A DNA stretch of 55,995 nt, filler included, from Squatina squatina (taxonomy: Eukaryota): NCBI GenBank assembly GCA_031763465.1. It is 3 parts of 3 records of this genome, joined end to end, with 100 filler letters (N's around TTAATTAATTAA, not from the genome) between each part and the next. Parts side by side here need not be neighbours in the genome. Positions count along the whole stretch, not along the records: positions 1 to 15,469 come from JARFOE010000115.1; positions 15,570 to 30,350 come from JARFOE010000073.1; 1 more part is not named here. The stretch is one strand, 5' to 3'. Under the pieces are notes generated by a model. That model did not search any database. It was not told where the DNA came from and saw nothing but the letters and a program-made list of their open reading frames with translations. Each line of letters begins with the position of its first letter. Position 1 is the stretch's first letter. Below, piece after piece: positions 12,098-24,805 of the stretch. The translations under genes and the position numbers were made by a program.

Positions 12098-14984
12098 TAT
12101 ACGGTGTTTAGGAATATTTAGAAAGCTGAATTCCCAGTAGGAGCAATTTCAACTGTGAGCACTCTTGATTGGAAAATTCTGCCTCCTTTTAAGAGGAATT
12201 AACAATACTGACATCAGTGATCAATGGTGTGGAGTGGAGAATAAAAGGATGTAATTTCACTTTCGATTACTGATGTGCAATGCAATATTTAAAACAAACA
12301 GCTTGCACGTAACAGGAATTTATGTAGACTGAATGGGAAACATCTGTATAAGAATCAAATATTCTCAAGGTCAAATTACTTCATGCTCATGGACAAGAGA
12401 CAAGTCAAAGGCTCAGTAGGATGTTATCCTTCCTCAGGACTAATCCGCAGTGTCATTCGTGTACTTAAACAATGAGAATCTAAAGATTATCAAATGCTTA
12501 CAAGAGGAAAACAAAGTTAAAATTCAAGGTAATGGAAGTGAAAATTGACCACTGGTTCTTTGGTTGGAAATAATGAACCATTTTTGGAGATGATTTGTGA
12601 AAACCTAAATTTCCTTATTTTTTCCATTTGTTCCTAAATGTCTGTTGATTATACATTTTTAAAACGTTTAGATTCCTGCCCCAGTTTTATAGCTAAATAT
12701 AATTCTCTCACTTTGCAAATGTCATTTCCTTTGTTTGTACTAAAAGCTGCAGAGAATCAATTCTGCCAAATAGCACACAGAGAAACATTGCAGATTGAAT
12801 GAGCATGTTTGTGGGTGGGGGTGGGGGNNNNNNNNNNNNNNNNNNNNNNNNNNNNNNNNNNNNNNNNNNNNNNNNNNNNNNNNNNNNNNNNNNNNNNNNN
12901 NNNNNNNNNNNNNNNNNNNNNNNNNNNNNNNNNNNNNNNNNNNNNNNNNNNNNNNNNNNNNNNNNNNNNNNNNNNNNNNNNNNNNNNNNNNNNNNNNNNN
13001 NNNNNNNNNNNNNNNNNNNNNNNNNNNNNNNNNNNNNNNNNNNNNNNNNNNNNNNNNNNNNNNNNNNNNNNNNNNNNNNNNNNNNNNNNNNNNNNNNNNN
13101 NNNNNNNNNNNNNNNNNNNNNNNNNNNNNNNNNNNNNNNNNNNNNNNNNNNNNNNNNNNNNNNNNNNNNNNNNNNNNNNNNNNNNNNNNNNNNNNNNNNN
13201 NNNNNNNNNNNNNNNNNNNNNNNNNNNNNNNNNNNNNNNNNNNNNNNNNNNNNNNNNNNNNNNNNNNNNNNNNNNNNNNNNNNNNNNNNNNNNNNNNNNN
13301 NNNNNNNNNNNNNNNNNNNNNNNNNNNNNNNNNNNNNNNNNNNNNNNNNNNNNNNNNNNNNNNNNNNNNNNNNNNNNNNNNNNNNNNNNNNNNNNNNNNN
13401 NNNNNNNNNNNNNNNNNNNNNNNNNNNNNNNNNNNNNNNNNNNNNNNNNNNNNNNNNNNNNNNNNNNNNNNNNNNNNNNNNNNNNNNNNNNNNNNNNNNN
13501 NNNNNNNNNNNNNNNNNNNNNNNNNNNNNNNNNNNNNNNNNNNNNNNNNNNNNNNNNNNNNNNNNNNNNNNNNNNNNNNNNNNNNNNNNNNNNNNNNNNN
13601 NNNNNNNNNNNNNNNNNNNNNNNNNNNNNNNNNNNNNNNNNNNNNNNNNNNNNNNNNNNNNNNNNNNNNNNNNNNNNNNNNNNNNNNNNNNNNNNNNNNN
13701 NNNNNNNNNNNNNNNNNNNNNNNNNNNNNNNNNNNNGTATATTTTGAGTGCTGTACTGTAGGCTAGGGCTGAGTTATGATAAGCTACATTTAACTGAGTT
13801 GATGTGAGCAGCCATGTTTTGCCTAGAAGGTTTCAAACAGAAAGTCTGAAGCTGTGATTTTCAATTAAGCTTGCAGTTTCATCAAAATATACCATGTAAA
13901 ATTATTCCAATACAGAATAAAATAATTAAAAACATATTGATCACCTCTTGGAGTGTTGTGAAACAAGTTCAATGTGCATGCTGTTGATCTGTACAACACT
14001 GTTTTTAATCTCCATGAGTACAATATGCCCTTTTGTGAAGCTATGTCACTTGCTTGCGTACAACATCACATCCATGATAAATATATTTTTCAGACAGGAT
14101 TCAATATTCTCAGTGTATAAATTCACCGTAGGCAATTTAACCCTAATAGAATTTGGTATTGCTGACATCAAAACTAATCATCATTAAAAACACAGGGACG
14201 TTGTAAATCACTTCCATGTGTATTTGGCTCATATTCCCAGCTGTTTTGACCATACATCAGTTTTAATGATCAAAGGGTGTTTTGGGTCCTTAGCCTGGAA
14301 GAAGGACAAGAGTAAAATAAGTTTGTGAGAAATAACCATGGGGTGCATATGTAAACTTGTGAGTCTTAGTTTGAAAACCTATTTCCTATTTTAGAATAGA
14401 ATAGTGCAAGTTGCTGTTATTAGTCATACACCTTGGTACAATTATGCACACCGATACCATATCTTAAAACCACATTACATGACATTTTTACATTGACTTT
14501 ATTGTTTCAGCATGTGCCAAGACAAAATTATGGACACTTCTTCATCAAATATTTAAAAAATAACATCTATCTTGCTTGTACAGATTTACATTTAGTATAT
14601 ACAGTACGGTTAGAACATCCAATGCTGGCTGCATCTTTCTTTTGCACAGCAAAGAAATGATATATCCGATGACAAACCTATTTACAGACAATAAAATACT
14701 GGTTAAGAAGTCACAACAGTGCAATATACAAACCACAGAGTGTAACAGGCAAGAATAAATTCTGTGAATCAATCAAGAGATTGTAAACAAATACTTAATT
14801 TAAGACATATAACCATGGTATTTGACTGAATGTAAAAAAATTGCATCCATTCCATAATGAGAACAGACAAGTGTAAGGAATCCATTCTATACATTGATGA
14901 GAACCTATTCAGTCAAGTCAGATAACAATACCAATGTATTACAGATTGTTTTTCTTTACCTTATCACACTCTGACAAAGTTATA

Positions 14985-15142
14985 CGGGGTAGTTTTGCAT
15001 TTGTGTAATAGTGTAAAACAGGGAACAGCGAATCGGCAGTTTCTATTGACTTTTATGGAAATAAAAATTGGGAGAGATGTATAACGGACAGCTGATTCAA
15101 TATCGGTTATTTTGCACTATCACCCAAGTCGAAATTACCGCT
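14985..15142. mobile_element. Palindromic MITE (PIF/Harbinger-like)
   Basis: ATA|cggggtagtttt...aaattaccgct|ATA; internal sequence (aatcggcag, atggaaataaaaattg, gagatgta, ctgattc) shared with 18334-18506. Confidence 0.75.
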
Positions 15143-15469
15143 ATAGCCTGTTAAGGAGACGCTACCTCTTTTTAGTAGCCTCATCTGAACTTCATCTGAC
15201 CACAATAGTGTACCTCTGTAGCAAGAATTTTGTGTTTTAATCAGATATCTTTGACCGCTGAAATAATTTTATGGAGCCGTTAATCTGAATGGAAAAACAT
15301 TCCTAACAATACAGTAGTTATCTTTCACAGTGCTGACCTTTATGTTTAGGTTGAGATACTATAATACAGAATGTCTCATAGGTTTAGATTTATGATTGTT
15401 CATACACGTAGTCTGTATAAGATACCAGAAGGAGTACTCTTTCAAAAGGCATTATTTAGCTTACCTTTT

Positions 15470-15569
15470 NNNNNNNNNNNNNNNNNNNNNNNNNNNNNNN
15501 NNNNNNNNNNNNNTTAATTAATTAANNNNNNNNNNNNNNNNNNNNNNNNNNNNNNNNNNNNNNNNNNNN
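15470..15569. other. Artificial scaffold-joining spacer N44-TTAATTAATTAA-N44
   Basis: Exactly 100 nt with a central 12-mer giving stops in all six frames; identical structure at 30351-30450. Confidence 0.95.
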
Positions 15570-15983
15570 CTCCAGAGTCTAAAGAATTTTGGAAGATGAC
15601 CACCAATACGTCCACTATTTCCAGGGCCACTTACTCGGTACAAGGAACAAGCTCCCAGAGAATGTAGTTGAATCAGGGTCAATTTGGAGGTCCTTTTAGA
15701 GGCAGCTGGAGTGACGTATGTTGAGTAGGGGATCGATGGTTATAGAGATATTATCATTGCTTATTTTCAGTGGAGTTTTGGAAAGCAACTCGGTGTAACC
15801 TAAAGTGGGAGATCAACGAGTAGTGTGAGAGTAGGGTCTAAAATAAAATAATCTTACGTGGAATCTAGATGGATTGAGTTCAATGTGCAAAATTCCATTT
15901 TCTTATCCTGAATTATCTAATGTAATTATGGAGTCATGTTCTGTTTGTTTAAATATGATTATTTTTCTCATTCTGTTATATAG

Positions 15984-16158
15984 ACTTTTGAAGCTAAAAT
16001 ACACCATATTGAAACAAGGCCAGCCAGAAAATGTAAAGATAACATGGAGGTATTAGAATTCTTCATCCGTTGTGAAACAAACAGCTCGGATATCAGCACC
16101 TTGGTCAGCTCTTTGAAAAGAGTTGCTGAAGATGTAAAAACAACAAAAGAAGAGAAAT
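15984..16158 (+). CDS. TH: Tyrosine hydroxylase, regulatory ACT-domain exon
   Basis: tag|...|gtaag, 175 nt: [58 protein letters not shown], matching the vertebrate TH motif [12 protein letters not shown]...KRVAEDVRTTKEDK. Not in the ORF track. Confidence 0.95.
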
Positions 16159-16639
16159 GTAAGAATGATGACCTTTCACTCTAGCTAACCATTGTGTGCT
16201 TCCTCTTAGCCCGTACAACCGCAACTTTTAGTCTTTAGTGAATATCATCAATCATTTCCCAGACCTGCTCTATACTGAGCCCATTCCTTTTCAGATTTTT
16301 CAAACACTTTTTTTCCCGCGTCCTCCATAATACTCTACTCTCCTCTACTGAAGAAATTGTCTTATGTTGGGATACAGTTCCATAGTTACTGACTGTCCCT
16401 AGACAGCTACTCAACTGGGTATTGTGAGCCTTAACAGTGAGTGCTGGGTATCATAGCTGAGCCCAATCAAATCCAGCAGGATATTGGGGAGTGGGGGAAC
16501 TGGATGTCAATCCTGAGCAGGAAACCTGGATGATATATTTTACCCTTCATAGTTCAGGACTGCCGTACCACCTGAGATTAGATAACTTAGCAGAGACCAG
16601 GGATTAACTCTGACCTTCATGATCTGCAGAATTTAGTAC

Positions 16640-17233
16640 CGACAACAATAACGTGCATGTATATAGTGCAGCAAAATGTCCCAAGGTGCTTTACAGGAGA
16701 GTTATCCATCAAAATTTCATATCGACCCACATAAGGAGATATTAGGATGGATGACCTGGTCACAGAGATAAGTTTTAACAAATGTCTTAAAGGAGGAGAG
16801 AGAGAGCTAAAGATGCAGAAAGGTTTAGGGAGGGATTTCCAGAGCTTAGGCAGCTGAAGGCACAGTTACCAACGATGAAGCAATTAAAATCGGGGATGCG
16901 CAAGAGGCCAGAATTGGAGGGGCGCAGATATCCAGAGGGTTGTAAGGCTGAAGAAGGTTACAGAGATAGGTAGAGGCGAGGCCATGGAGGGATTTAAAAA
17001 CAAGGAGGAGTATTTTAAAATTGAGACGTTGCCAGCCCGGGAGCCAATGCAGGTCAGTAAGCACAGGTGTAATGGGTGAATGGGAGTTTGGCTGCAGAGT
17101 TTTGGTTGAGCTCAAGTTTATGGAGGGTAGAAAATAGGAGGTCAGTTAGAAGAGCATTGGAAACATCAAGTTTAGAGGTAAAAAAGGCATACATGAGGGT
17201 TTCAGCAGCAGATGAGCTGAAGCAGTGTTGGAG
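16640..17233 (-). mobile_element. L2 LINE 3' fragment in TH intron
   Basis: Minus-strand translation PITPVLTDLHWLPGWQRLNFKILLLVFKSLHGLASTYLCNLLQPY is the canonical L2 ORF2 C-terminus; tail near 16640. Confidence 0.9.
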
Positions 17234-17410
17234 NNNNNNNNNNNNNNNNNNNNNNNNNNNNNNNNNNNNNNNNNNNNNNNNNNNNNNNNNNNNNNNNNNN
17301 NNNNNNNNNNNNNNNNNNNNNNNNNNNNNNNNNACAGAGCCTGTATTGTCAGTTAAGTTACTTTGCCTATGATTATTGTACCGTCTAACTCTTTCTGTCT
17401 GTAACCTCAG

Positions 17411-17467
17411 AACATTGGCCTCGCCTCCCTCGGAGCAACTGAAGAGGAAATTGAAAAGCTTTCCACT
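17411..17467 (+). CDS. TH: Tyrosine hydroxylase, catalytic-domain exon
   Basis: cag|NIGLASLGATEEEIEKLST|gtgagt, 57 nt; aromatic amino-acid hydroxylase motif IGLASLGA.DE.IEKL.T. Confidence 0.96.
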
Positions 17468-17628
17468 GTGAGTTTACCGTATTCACACCTGCATGCAATT
17501 CATGGTGATTGTTAAATTATTCTCTCAAATAAGCAACATAAAGAGAACCCCCGCAAATTACCTCATTACACCCTCACACGGCACAAAGAAAGGCTGGGTA
17601 ATTATTCTTTGGAGTATGTTTGTTGCAG

Positions 17629-17724
17629 CTATACTGGTTTACTGTGGAGTTTGGACTGTGTAAGCAAAATGGAGAAATTAGAGCGTATGGAGCTGGCCTG
17701 CTGTCGTCCTACGGTGAGCTAATT
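17629..17724 (+). CDS. TH: Tyrosine hydroxylase, catalytic-domain exon (iron-ligand Glu)
   Basis: cag|[32 protein letters not shown]|gtaagt, 96 nt. SSYGEL is the TH form (PAH SSFGEL, TPH SSI.EL); linkage to IGF2 indicates TH1 rather than TH2. Confidence 0.97.
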
Positions 17725-18333
17725 GTAAGTGATATTGTAATAATGTGGTTGTTTTTAAAAAAAAATTTCAGCAATCATTTTTCTCCGTGTTACTCTTTTC
17801 CCTCAATTTACAGATTTTGAAGAGTTTTTTTTAAGAGTGACTTTTTTGTTTTCTGGTATTCTCCCATGTTTTCCCCTCACTCACATTAGGGAATGATCTG
17901 ATTTGTGGGCACAGACACTGCCAGCCGTCCGGTACTATGCCTTAGTGGGTATCAAGCATGCCAACCTGGNNNNNNNNNNNNNNNNNNNNNNNNNNNNNNN
18001 NNNNNNNNNNNNNNNNNNNNNNNNNNNNNNNNNNNNNNNNNNNNNNNNNNNNNNNNNNNNNNNNNNNNNGCTAATCTGAGCCAGGAGTAAGTAGGGGGAG
18101 CTAAGGAAGGGAAAAACCAGGCAGGGTTTTCACTCCTAAATGCTATCCAGGAATTCCGATCAGAACAGGCACACCTACTGAGTTAGGTCAGAAATGGGCT
18201 TGGTTGGGATTTCCTCCATAGTATAACAGTCTACTGACACTGAATGGAGGGCTCACACATAAAGACCCAGCTACTTGGACGAGGGCTGCTGGTGCCCATG
18301 GAACTGTGACCTCGTAACCTAGTAAGAGTCAAC

Positions 18334-18506
18334 AGGGTAGATTTTAGCTTTGTACGACTGTGTAACACGCACGATAGTGAGTTGGCAGCCCGTTTTACAT
18401 CTCGTCCATTGAAGTCAATGGAAATAAAAATTGCTAGAGATGTAAAACAGGCTGCCGATTCGTTATCATCCATTTTAGACTATTGCATAAATTCAAAATT
18501 GCCCCC
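18334..18506. mobile_element. Palindromic MITE (PIF/Harbinger-like)
   Basis: AAC|agggtagatttt...aaaattgccccc|AAC; long arms ggcagcccgttttacatctc / gagatgtaaaacaggctgcc pair; central ccattgaagtcaatgg. Confidence 0.8.
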
Positions 18507-19331
18507 AACATCTTCCAGAGCTGAAGGGAGAAAAGGATAGAAAATTCGGGGAGAATAAATATTTTAAACTGCACATACAGAACAATGACCAAGAAAGAAA
18601 CATAATAAAATGCTATGAGCAAAAGCACCTCAAGGGCTTAACTCGGGCCAGAAAGAGATGAAGGAAAGCAGGGAGCAAGGAGAAAGACAGAAATAGCTGA
18701 ACAGAGGGAAAAAGAGAGTGAGCTATTAATCATTCAGATCAGGACAAATCAGAGAGTTCTCCATGTAATGGGAACTGTGATGGCAAAATCATTGTCCACC
18801 CCACGTCANNNNNNNNNNCCCAGGAGTTTAATTTGTTCCACAACCACGAAACAGTTCTGTTCAATTCCAAGAAAACTGCTACATCAGCAAATCAACAGGT
18901 TCATTAAGATGGGCAATCCGGTGTTTTAAGTGCTCGGAAGCGTCCTCTTTCCGTCACTAACTCTAATAAGCAAAACAAAGAAATGCAATTAATATATCAG
19001 CAGCACCTACCAAAATGGCTGCAGTCATTATTAATTGACAAGCAGACACTTTCAGAGCTGTTCAGTAAGGTTTAACAGCTCTTGAAAGTGAAATGACCAT
19101 GTTTTATGAATAGCTTCTGATGCTGAGCATAAATGAAGGATAGAGATAAAAATTATAAGTGCAAACAATTAGAGAATACAAGTTAAATGAGTTGCAAAAT
19201 GTAACGATTGACTAATTTGCAAAGATAGCAANNNNNNNNNNNNNNNNNNNNNNNNNNNNNNNNNNNNNNNNNNNNNNNNNNNNNNNNNNNNNNNNNNNNN
19301 NNNNNNNNNNNNNNNNNNNNNNNNNNNNNNN

Positions 19332-19460
19332 GTGCAATTTGGCTGCCATTGGTTCCTACATTACAACAATGACTACACTTCAAATATACTTTGATTGTAA
19401 AGTGTTTTTGAACTTCCTGAGGTCATGAAAGGCACTATATAAATGCAAGTCTTTCTTTCA
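19332..19460 (+). mobile_element. Deu-domain SINE 3' fragment
   Basis: gtgcaatttggctgcc...gtcatgaaaggcactatataaatgcaagtctttcttt, the same as the 3' half of 39309-39749. Confidence 0.8.
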
Positions 19461-20184
19461 TGTCTTTTAGAAAAAATGACTTCCAATGATTATTACTGGT
19501 GACAAGCGTAATTTAATAAAAGCCCCAGTGTCTGTCTTCAGCAAAGAATGTGTAAAATATTTTACACAAGATTATTATAACCACCACGTTCCATTCAGCT
19601 ACTGATTCATGGCTGGTAAATAATTTTCTGTTCGGTTCAATGATTCAGCTGGGCAGGGCAAGCTGACTCAGTGATCTTATCCTTATAACTTTCCCTTCCT
19701 CTGTGAGTGATAGCTCTGTTTTAAGAGGTCCTGATAAATAGTATTACACATAGGACAAATTGTTTTTTTTCCTTAATCCTATGCTCAGTCCTGCATCAAA
19801 ACAGCATGAAAGAGTGAAACCTAATTCATCTTGCATCCAAGTTGCATCAGGAAATTCACTTTAACATGAGCAAATACATATATTGGCCATGTCATTGTCC
19901 TGTAATGTTCAACATAAGTCAAAGGGTATCTAAGGTTTCAATTACATGGATATGTGGAAAAAAACAAGGAAATAGGATTAGAACAGACAGCTCCAGTGAG
20001 GACCAAGCATGAATACAAGCACAAGTGGCCAAACGGGCTTTAAAGTTTCTATGGTTTCTATGTTACACATATCCTGCTGTTTGTTTGAATCTCTGCTAAT
20101 GAATGTTTCTGTAATGGAGATATATGATTATAACAACACAATGGATTATACTTCAAGGTAGTGGACGATGTCTAAATGATTCCC

Positions 20185-20830
20185 TTGACTATTGAAGATT
20201 GAGGGGTGATCTGATCGAGGTGTTTAAAATGATAAAAAAATTTAAAGGGTAAATGTTTTCAGCCTTAGCAGGACCAAGTTGGCCACCTAGAAAAGCTATC
20301 CTGTTCATTTGTAAAAATATATAAGGATGAGGGACTTCAGATGTCAGCCATGGCTGAGTGGATAGGACACTCACTGCTGAGTCAGAAGGTTGTGGGTTCA
20401 TAGACCCAGTCCAGAGATTTGAGCTCAAAATCTCAATTATTTTCTTTAGAGCGGAGAAGGTTAAGGGGAGATTTAGTAGAGGTGATCAAAATGATGAGGG
20501 GTTTTGATAATACAGTTTTGTAAGTAAGGAGAAAATGTTTATGTTGGCTGGTGGGTCGGTAACCAGAGAATACAGATTTAACATAATTGGCAAAAGAATC
20601 AGAGGGGAGATGAGGAGAAATTTTTCTACACACGGGTTATGATCTGGAAGGCACTGCCTGAAAGGATGGTAAAAACAGATTCAATATTAACTTTCAAAAG
20701 GGAATTACATATATACTTGAAAAGGAGAAAAAAATGCAGGGCTTTGAGGAAGAGCAGGGGAGTGGGGCTCTTTCAAAGAGCTGGCACAGGCATGATGGGC
20801 TGAATGGTCTCCTCCTGTGCTGTATGATTC
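20185..20830 (+). mobile_element. Cluster of CR1 3' fragments with an embedded SINE tRNA head (~20340-20432)
   Basis: RRLRGDLIEVFKMIK (about 20195) and RRLRGDLVEVIKMMRGFD (about 20450) CR1 C-terminal motifs, tail gggctgaatggtctcctcctgtgctgtatgattcta; SINE head catggctgagtggataggacactc...gggttca. Confidence 0.85.
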
Positions 20831-21519
20831 TACAACACAAGAAAGGACACTCCAAAGTGTATCACACCCAATAATTTACTTTTGAGGTGTAATTACTGTG
20901 TTTTTTAGACAAATGCAGCAAACAATTTTTGCATGGTAAACATTTAGAAACAGCAAATTAGGTAAATGACAACATTTTGGTGATATTGATTGAGGGAATA
21001 ATGCTGGCCGGGACACTCAAACTCCCCTGCTCTTCTTCATACAGTGCCAAGGTTTTATTTAGGGACGGGTAAATTTCCAACACCTAAAGCCCTGATTGGG
21101 CCCCCTTGATGACAAATCCTGATTGCTGATTGGTCTCCTTGGAGAATAAGACACACCCAGCAGTTTCTCTTTACAAAGTGTCATTTGAGCCATTCTGACT
21201 GCTGACTCCAGACAGAACAGAGGTTACTTGGAACAGACAGGGCTCAACATTATGGGTTGGGACCTCCTCCCACCCCCCCAAAGATGTTCCTGCCCCCACC
21301 ACCCAAGTTCTTGACTCTCCTAAGTCCAAGTTTCNNNNNNNNNNNNNNNNNNNNNNNNNNNNNNNNNNNNNNNNNNNNNNNNNNNNNNNNNNNNNNNNNN
21401 NNNNNNNNNNNNNNNNNNNNNNNNNNNNNNNNNNCAGCAACATGACCCACACTGAATTAAATAAATGCATTCAGGCTGCCTGCACCACCTTGAGGCAGAG
21501 TTTTGAGCCCACAAGGCGA

Positions 21520-21900
21520 TGGTCTGTTGAATTATGTTGCCCGTTCACATTGCTGATGATGGTCAGCACCAAAAATAATGAAGTCGTTGGGCCTGCTGAG
21601 TAATCCTTGTGTGACCTGTTCGATGCAGCTGTGGGCAGAAAACTGGTTAACACTGCAGATGTCCTCGATGCCAGGAAGGAGCCTGACACGTAATAACTGA
21701 GGGCCTCAATGGCTTTGATGGCCACAGGCAGTCCTGCAGAAATGTAAATGTTGCATGGTGGCCTTTCTAAAGGAGAATGATACAGCTCTGCCACAACCCT
21801 GTGGCAAAACCTCAGCCACCTTTAGTATATTTCTTGCATTATTCCCATGTAGTTGGGCCTGGTATGTCAGACCCATTGTTTTAAATAGTGGTAGGGTATG
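21520..21900 (-). mobile_element. Degenerate PIF/Harbinger (HARBI1-like) transposase fragment
   Basis: Minus strand, with frameshifts: RWLRFCHRVVAELYH...LPVAIKAIEALSYYVSGSFL / EDICSVNQFSAHSCIEQVTQGLLSRPNDFIIF, matching the Harbinger transposase HTH region (LPVAVKVT.ALNF.ASGSFQ...GD...ISQ...H.CI..VT..L). Confidence 0.75.
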
Positions 21901-24659
21901 ATGGCACACCTTTTTGCGCTACCTGACACCATGGGCAGCCCTTGTCAGCCTCCTTGGGTCAAACTCAATACTAGCAGAGCATTGACTGCAATTATATAGT
22001 GTGCAAAAACAGGGGGTTTCAGCTAAAAGCAGCTCACCTTCAACTAACCAAGGTGACAGACTGCAACTTCTGCATTAACAATGGTTCGCTCTGAGGGCTA
22101 GCTCTGCATGCAAAGCATTATCATTGCATTATAGTGCAATATGATATTAACAGGCTGCATTATCGGCAATAGCAAGGTTAATGACCATAATGCACGTCTT
22201 TAGCACTATAGCACTCAGAACTTACTTTCACTCCACAGTAATGTTGCAGCAGCCAGGAAATAGGCAGTGAATAAGCACTAAAGGGAACTCAAAAATTACT
22301 GATCAGTATCACTCCTAACACCGCAGGCATTAGGCTTAANNNNNNNNNNNNNNNNNNNNNNNNNNNNNNNNNNNNNNNNNNNNNNNNNNNNNNNNNNNNN
22401 NNNNNNNNNNNNNNNNNNNNNNNNNNNNNNNNNNNNNNNNNNNNNNNNNNNNNNNNNNNNNNNNNNNNNNNNNNNNNNNNNNNNNNNNNNNNNNNNNNNN
22501 NNNNNNNNNNNNNNNNNNNNNNNNNNNNNNNNNNNNNNNNNNNNNNNNNNNNNNNNNNNNNNNNNNNNNNNNNNNNNNNNNNNNNNNNNNNNNNNNNNNN
22601 NNNNNNNNNNNNNNNNNNNNNNNNNNNNNNNNNNNNNNNNNNNNNNNNNNNNNNNNNNNNNNNNNNNNNNNNNNNNNNNNNNNNNNNNNNNNNNNNNNNN
22701 NNNNNNNNNNNNNNNNNNNNNNNNNNNNNNNNNNNNNNNNNNNNNNNNNNNNNNNNNNNNNNNNNNNNNNNNNNNNNNNNNNNNNNNNNNNNNNNNNNNN
22801 NNNNNNNNNNNNNNNNNNNNNNNNNNNNNNNNNNNNNNNNNNNNNNNNNNNNNNNNNNNNNNNNNNNNNNNNNNNNNNNNNNNNNNNNNNNNNNNNNNNN
22901 NNNNNNNNNNNNNNNNNNNNNNNNNNNNNNNNNNNNNNNNNNNNNNNNNNNNNNNNNNNNNNNNNNNNNNNNNNNNNNNNNNNNNNNNNNNNNNNNNNNN
23001 NNNNNNNNNNNNNNNNNNNNNNNNNNNNNNNNNNNNNNNNNNNNNNNNNNNNNNNNNNNNNNNNNNNNNNNNNNNNNNNNNNNNNNNNNNNNNNNNNNNN
23101 NNNNNNNNNNNNNNNNNNNNNNNNNNNNNNNNNNNNNNNNNNNNNNNNNNNNNNNNNNNNNNNNNNNNNNNNNNNNNNNNNNNNNNNNNNNNNNNNNNNN
23201 NNNNNNNNNNNNNNNNNNNNNNNNNNNNNNNNNNNNNNNNNNNNNNNNNNNNNNNNNNNNNNNNNNNNNNNNNNNNNNNNNNNNNNNNNNNNNNNNNNNN
23301 NNNNNNNNNNNNNNNNNNNNNNNNNNNNNNNGGCATGATTGACAAGAGGATTCGGACTTGAGGTCTCGCACTTACTTTGCTAATGATGAAAGTCTATTGA
23401 AACTTCCAATAACTAACACCTCTACCTCACAACACATGGAAGCAGTTGGAAGAATAATTTTATTTTAAAATAAGAATGGTAGGCAACAGGCTACGGGACT
23501 GTCGCACATTCACATTTCCAGGTGAGAACATGAGTGACAAGAGTGGTGTTCAAGTGGCTTCTGGATATTGCCAAAATTTGGGATTGAATTGGTGCCTTCA
23601 AATGACAGGGAGTTATATTCCTTGTAATGTATTCACCATGTACTGTCCATCTATAGTTTTACTTTTCTGATGCCCTTTTTCATATCACAGAATTACTTCA
23701 AAAAGCCATGCTACAACATAATCTGAAGCTGCCAGTGCTTACAATCTGCCCCTTTATACTACTGTGTTGTCTTGATCCCATCAGTGATGCCGGAGACAGC
23801 CCTGTAGTGTAAACGTCCCAGCACTCTTGTTTCTAGAAGCACTGATACCCTTCTCAAGTGTGAGTTTCTCCTTATGCCACCAGGTGCCAGAGATGGCAAA
23901 GCTAAATAACTCCCATTGGTGAAACTTGGAGTCGAGGCTGCTTTTTTTTGGGTCTGGCTGTGGATGGACTGAAATCTCAGCCTAACTATACAGGCGAGCG
24001 TTGCACATTCCCCACCCCAAATCAAGTTTCTCAGCATACTGGAAAAGCTCAGGTGCTAGACTAATACACTGTTGTGGTTACTGACTGTGCCTGGGGAGCA
24101 CCGACTCAGTTACTGAACTGCTTCCAATGGAAGGGGTGCAGCAATATGAAAGAGGCAATAGACAGTGAGGTGGATTAGATGCTACCAGAGCAAGTAAAAA
24201 ACAACAGCGTATGCGCAGTAATTATAGATTGTCCTGTATAATTACTGCAGTACACTGTCACACAGGGCCTGGTAGAGGCAGAATAACAGAGCAACCAAGA
24301 GTCAGAAGGACAACAGTGACTCATGAGCTAATGGTGCCTGGCATCACGTGACTGTGCTGTTATGCATTTTTCTTCTGCCATGGATGGTTAATAAACTCAA
24401 CTTCATATGTGATACAGAGAGAGACAGGGCTCAGAAGGTTGTACGTTACCATCCAGTATCTCACCCCAAGTGTTCATTCTTCATGTGTGAGCCTCGATAG
24501 CGAATGTTGGCAATAGTGAGGTGGAGCAAGGTTGGCGTACACAATCCTGATCCTGTTATCGTCCAACTTCAATATGTGCAGACTTTCTGACCTTTCTGCC
24601 ATCAGTTGAGCCGTGATGGAAGCTGCTGTTGTTTGAAAGTAAGTGAATCAGTGTTTAGT

Positions 24660-24805
24660 TAGGGTGACCAGACATCCTGGTTTTGCCGGGACAGTCCCAG
24701 TTTTTGAGGAAGTGTCCCGGTGTCCCGACACTTACCTCAAAATTACTCAAGTCCCGGTTTTTCATGCATATGCAGCTCCGGCGAAGACCGCACTGCGCAT
24801 ACGCA
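24660..24805 (+). mobile_element. hAT (Blackjack-like) DNA transposon end
   Basis: TAGGGTGACCAGACATCC terminus followed by repeated gggaca/tgtccc(g) subterminal motifs; the other end is lost in the gap. Confidence 0.65.

Noticed and set aside
17411-17724. PAH, TPH or TH2 as the identity of the hydroxylase
   Set aside because: SSYGEL and the [11 protein letters not shown] exon are TH-type; the neighbour is IGF2 (TH2 and PAH are linked to IGF1).
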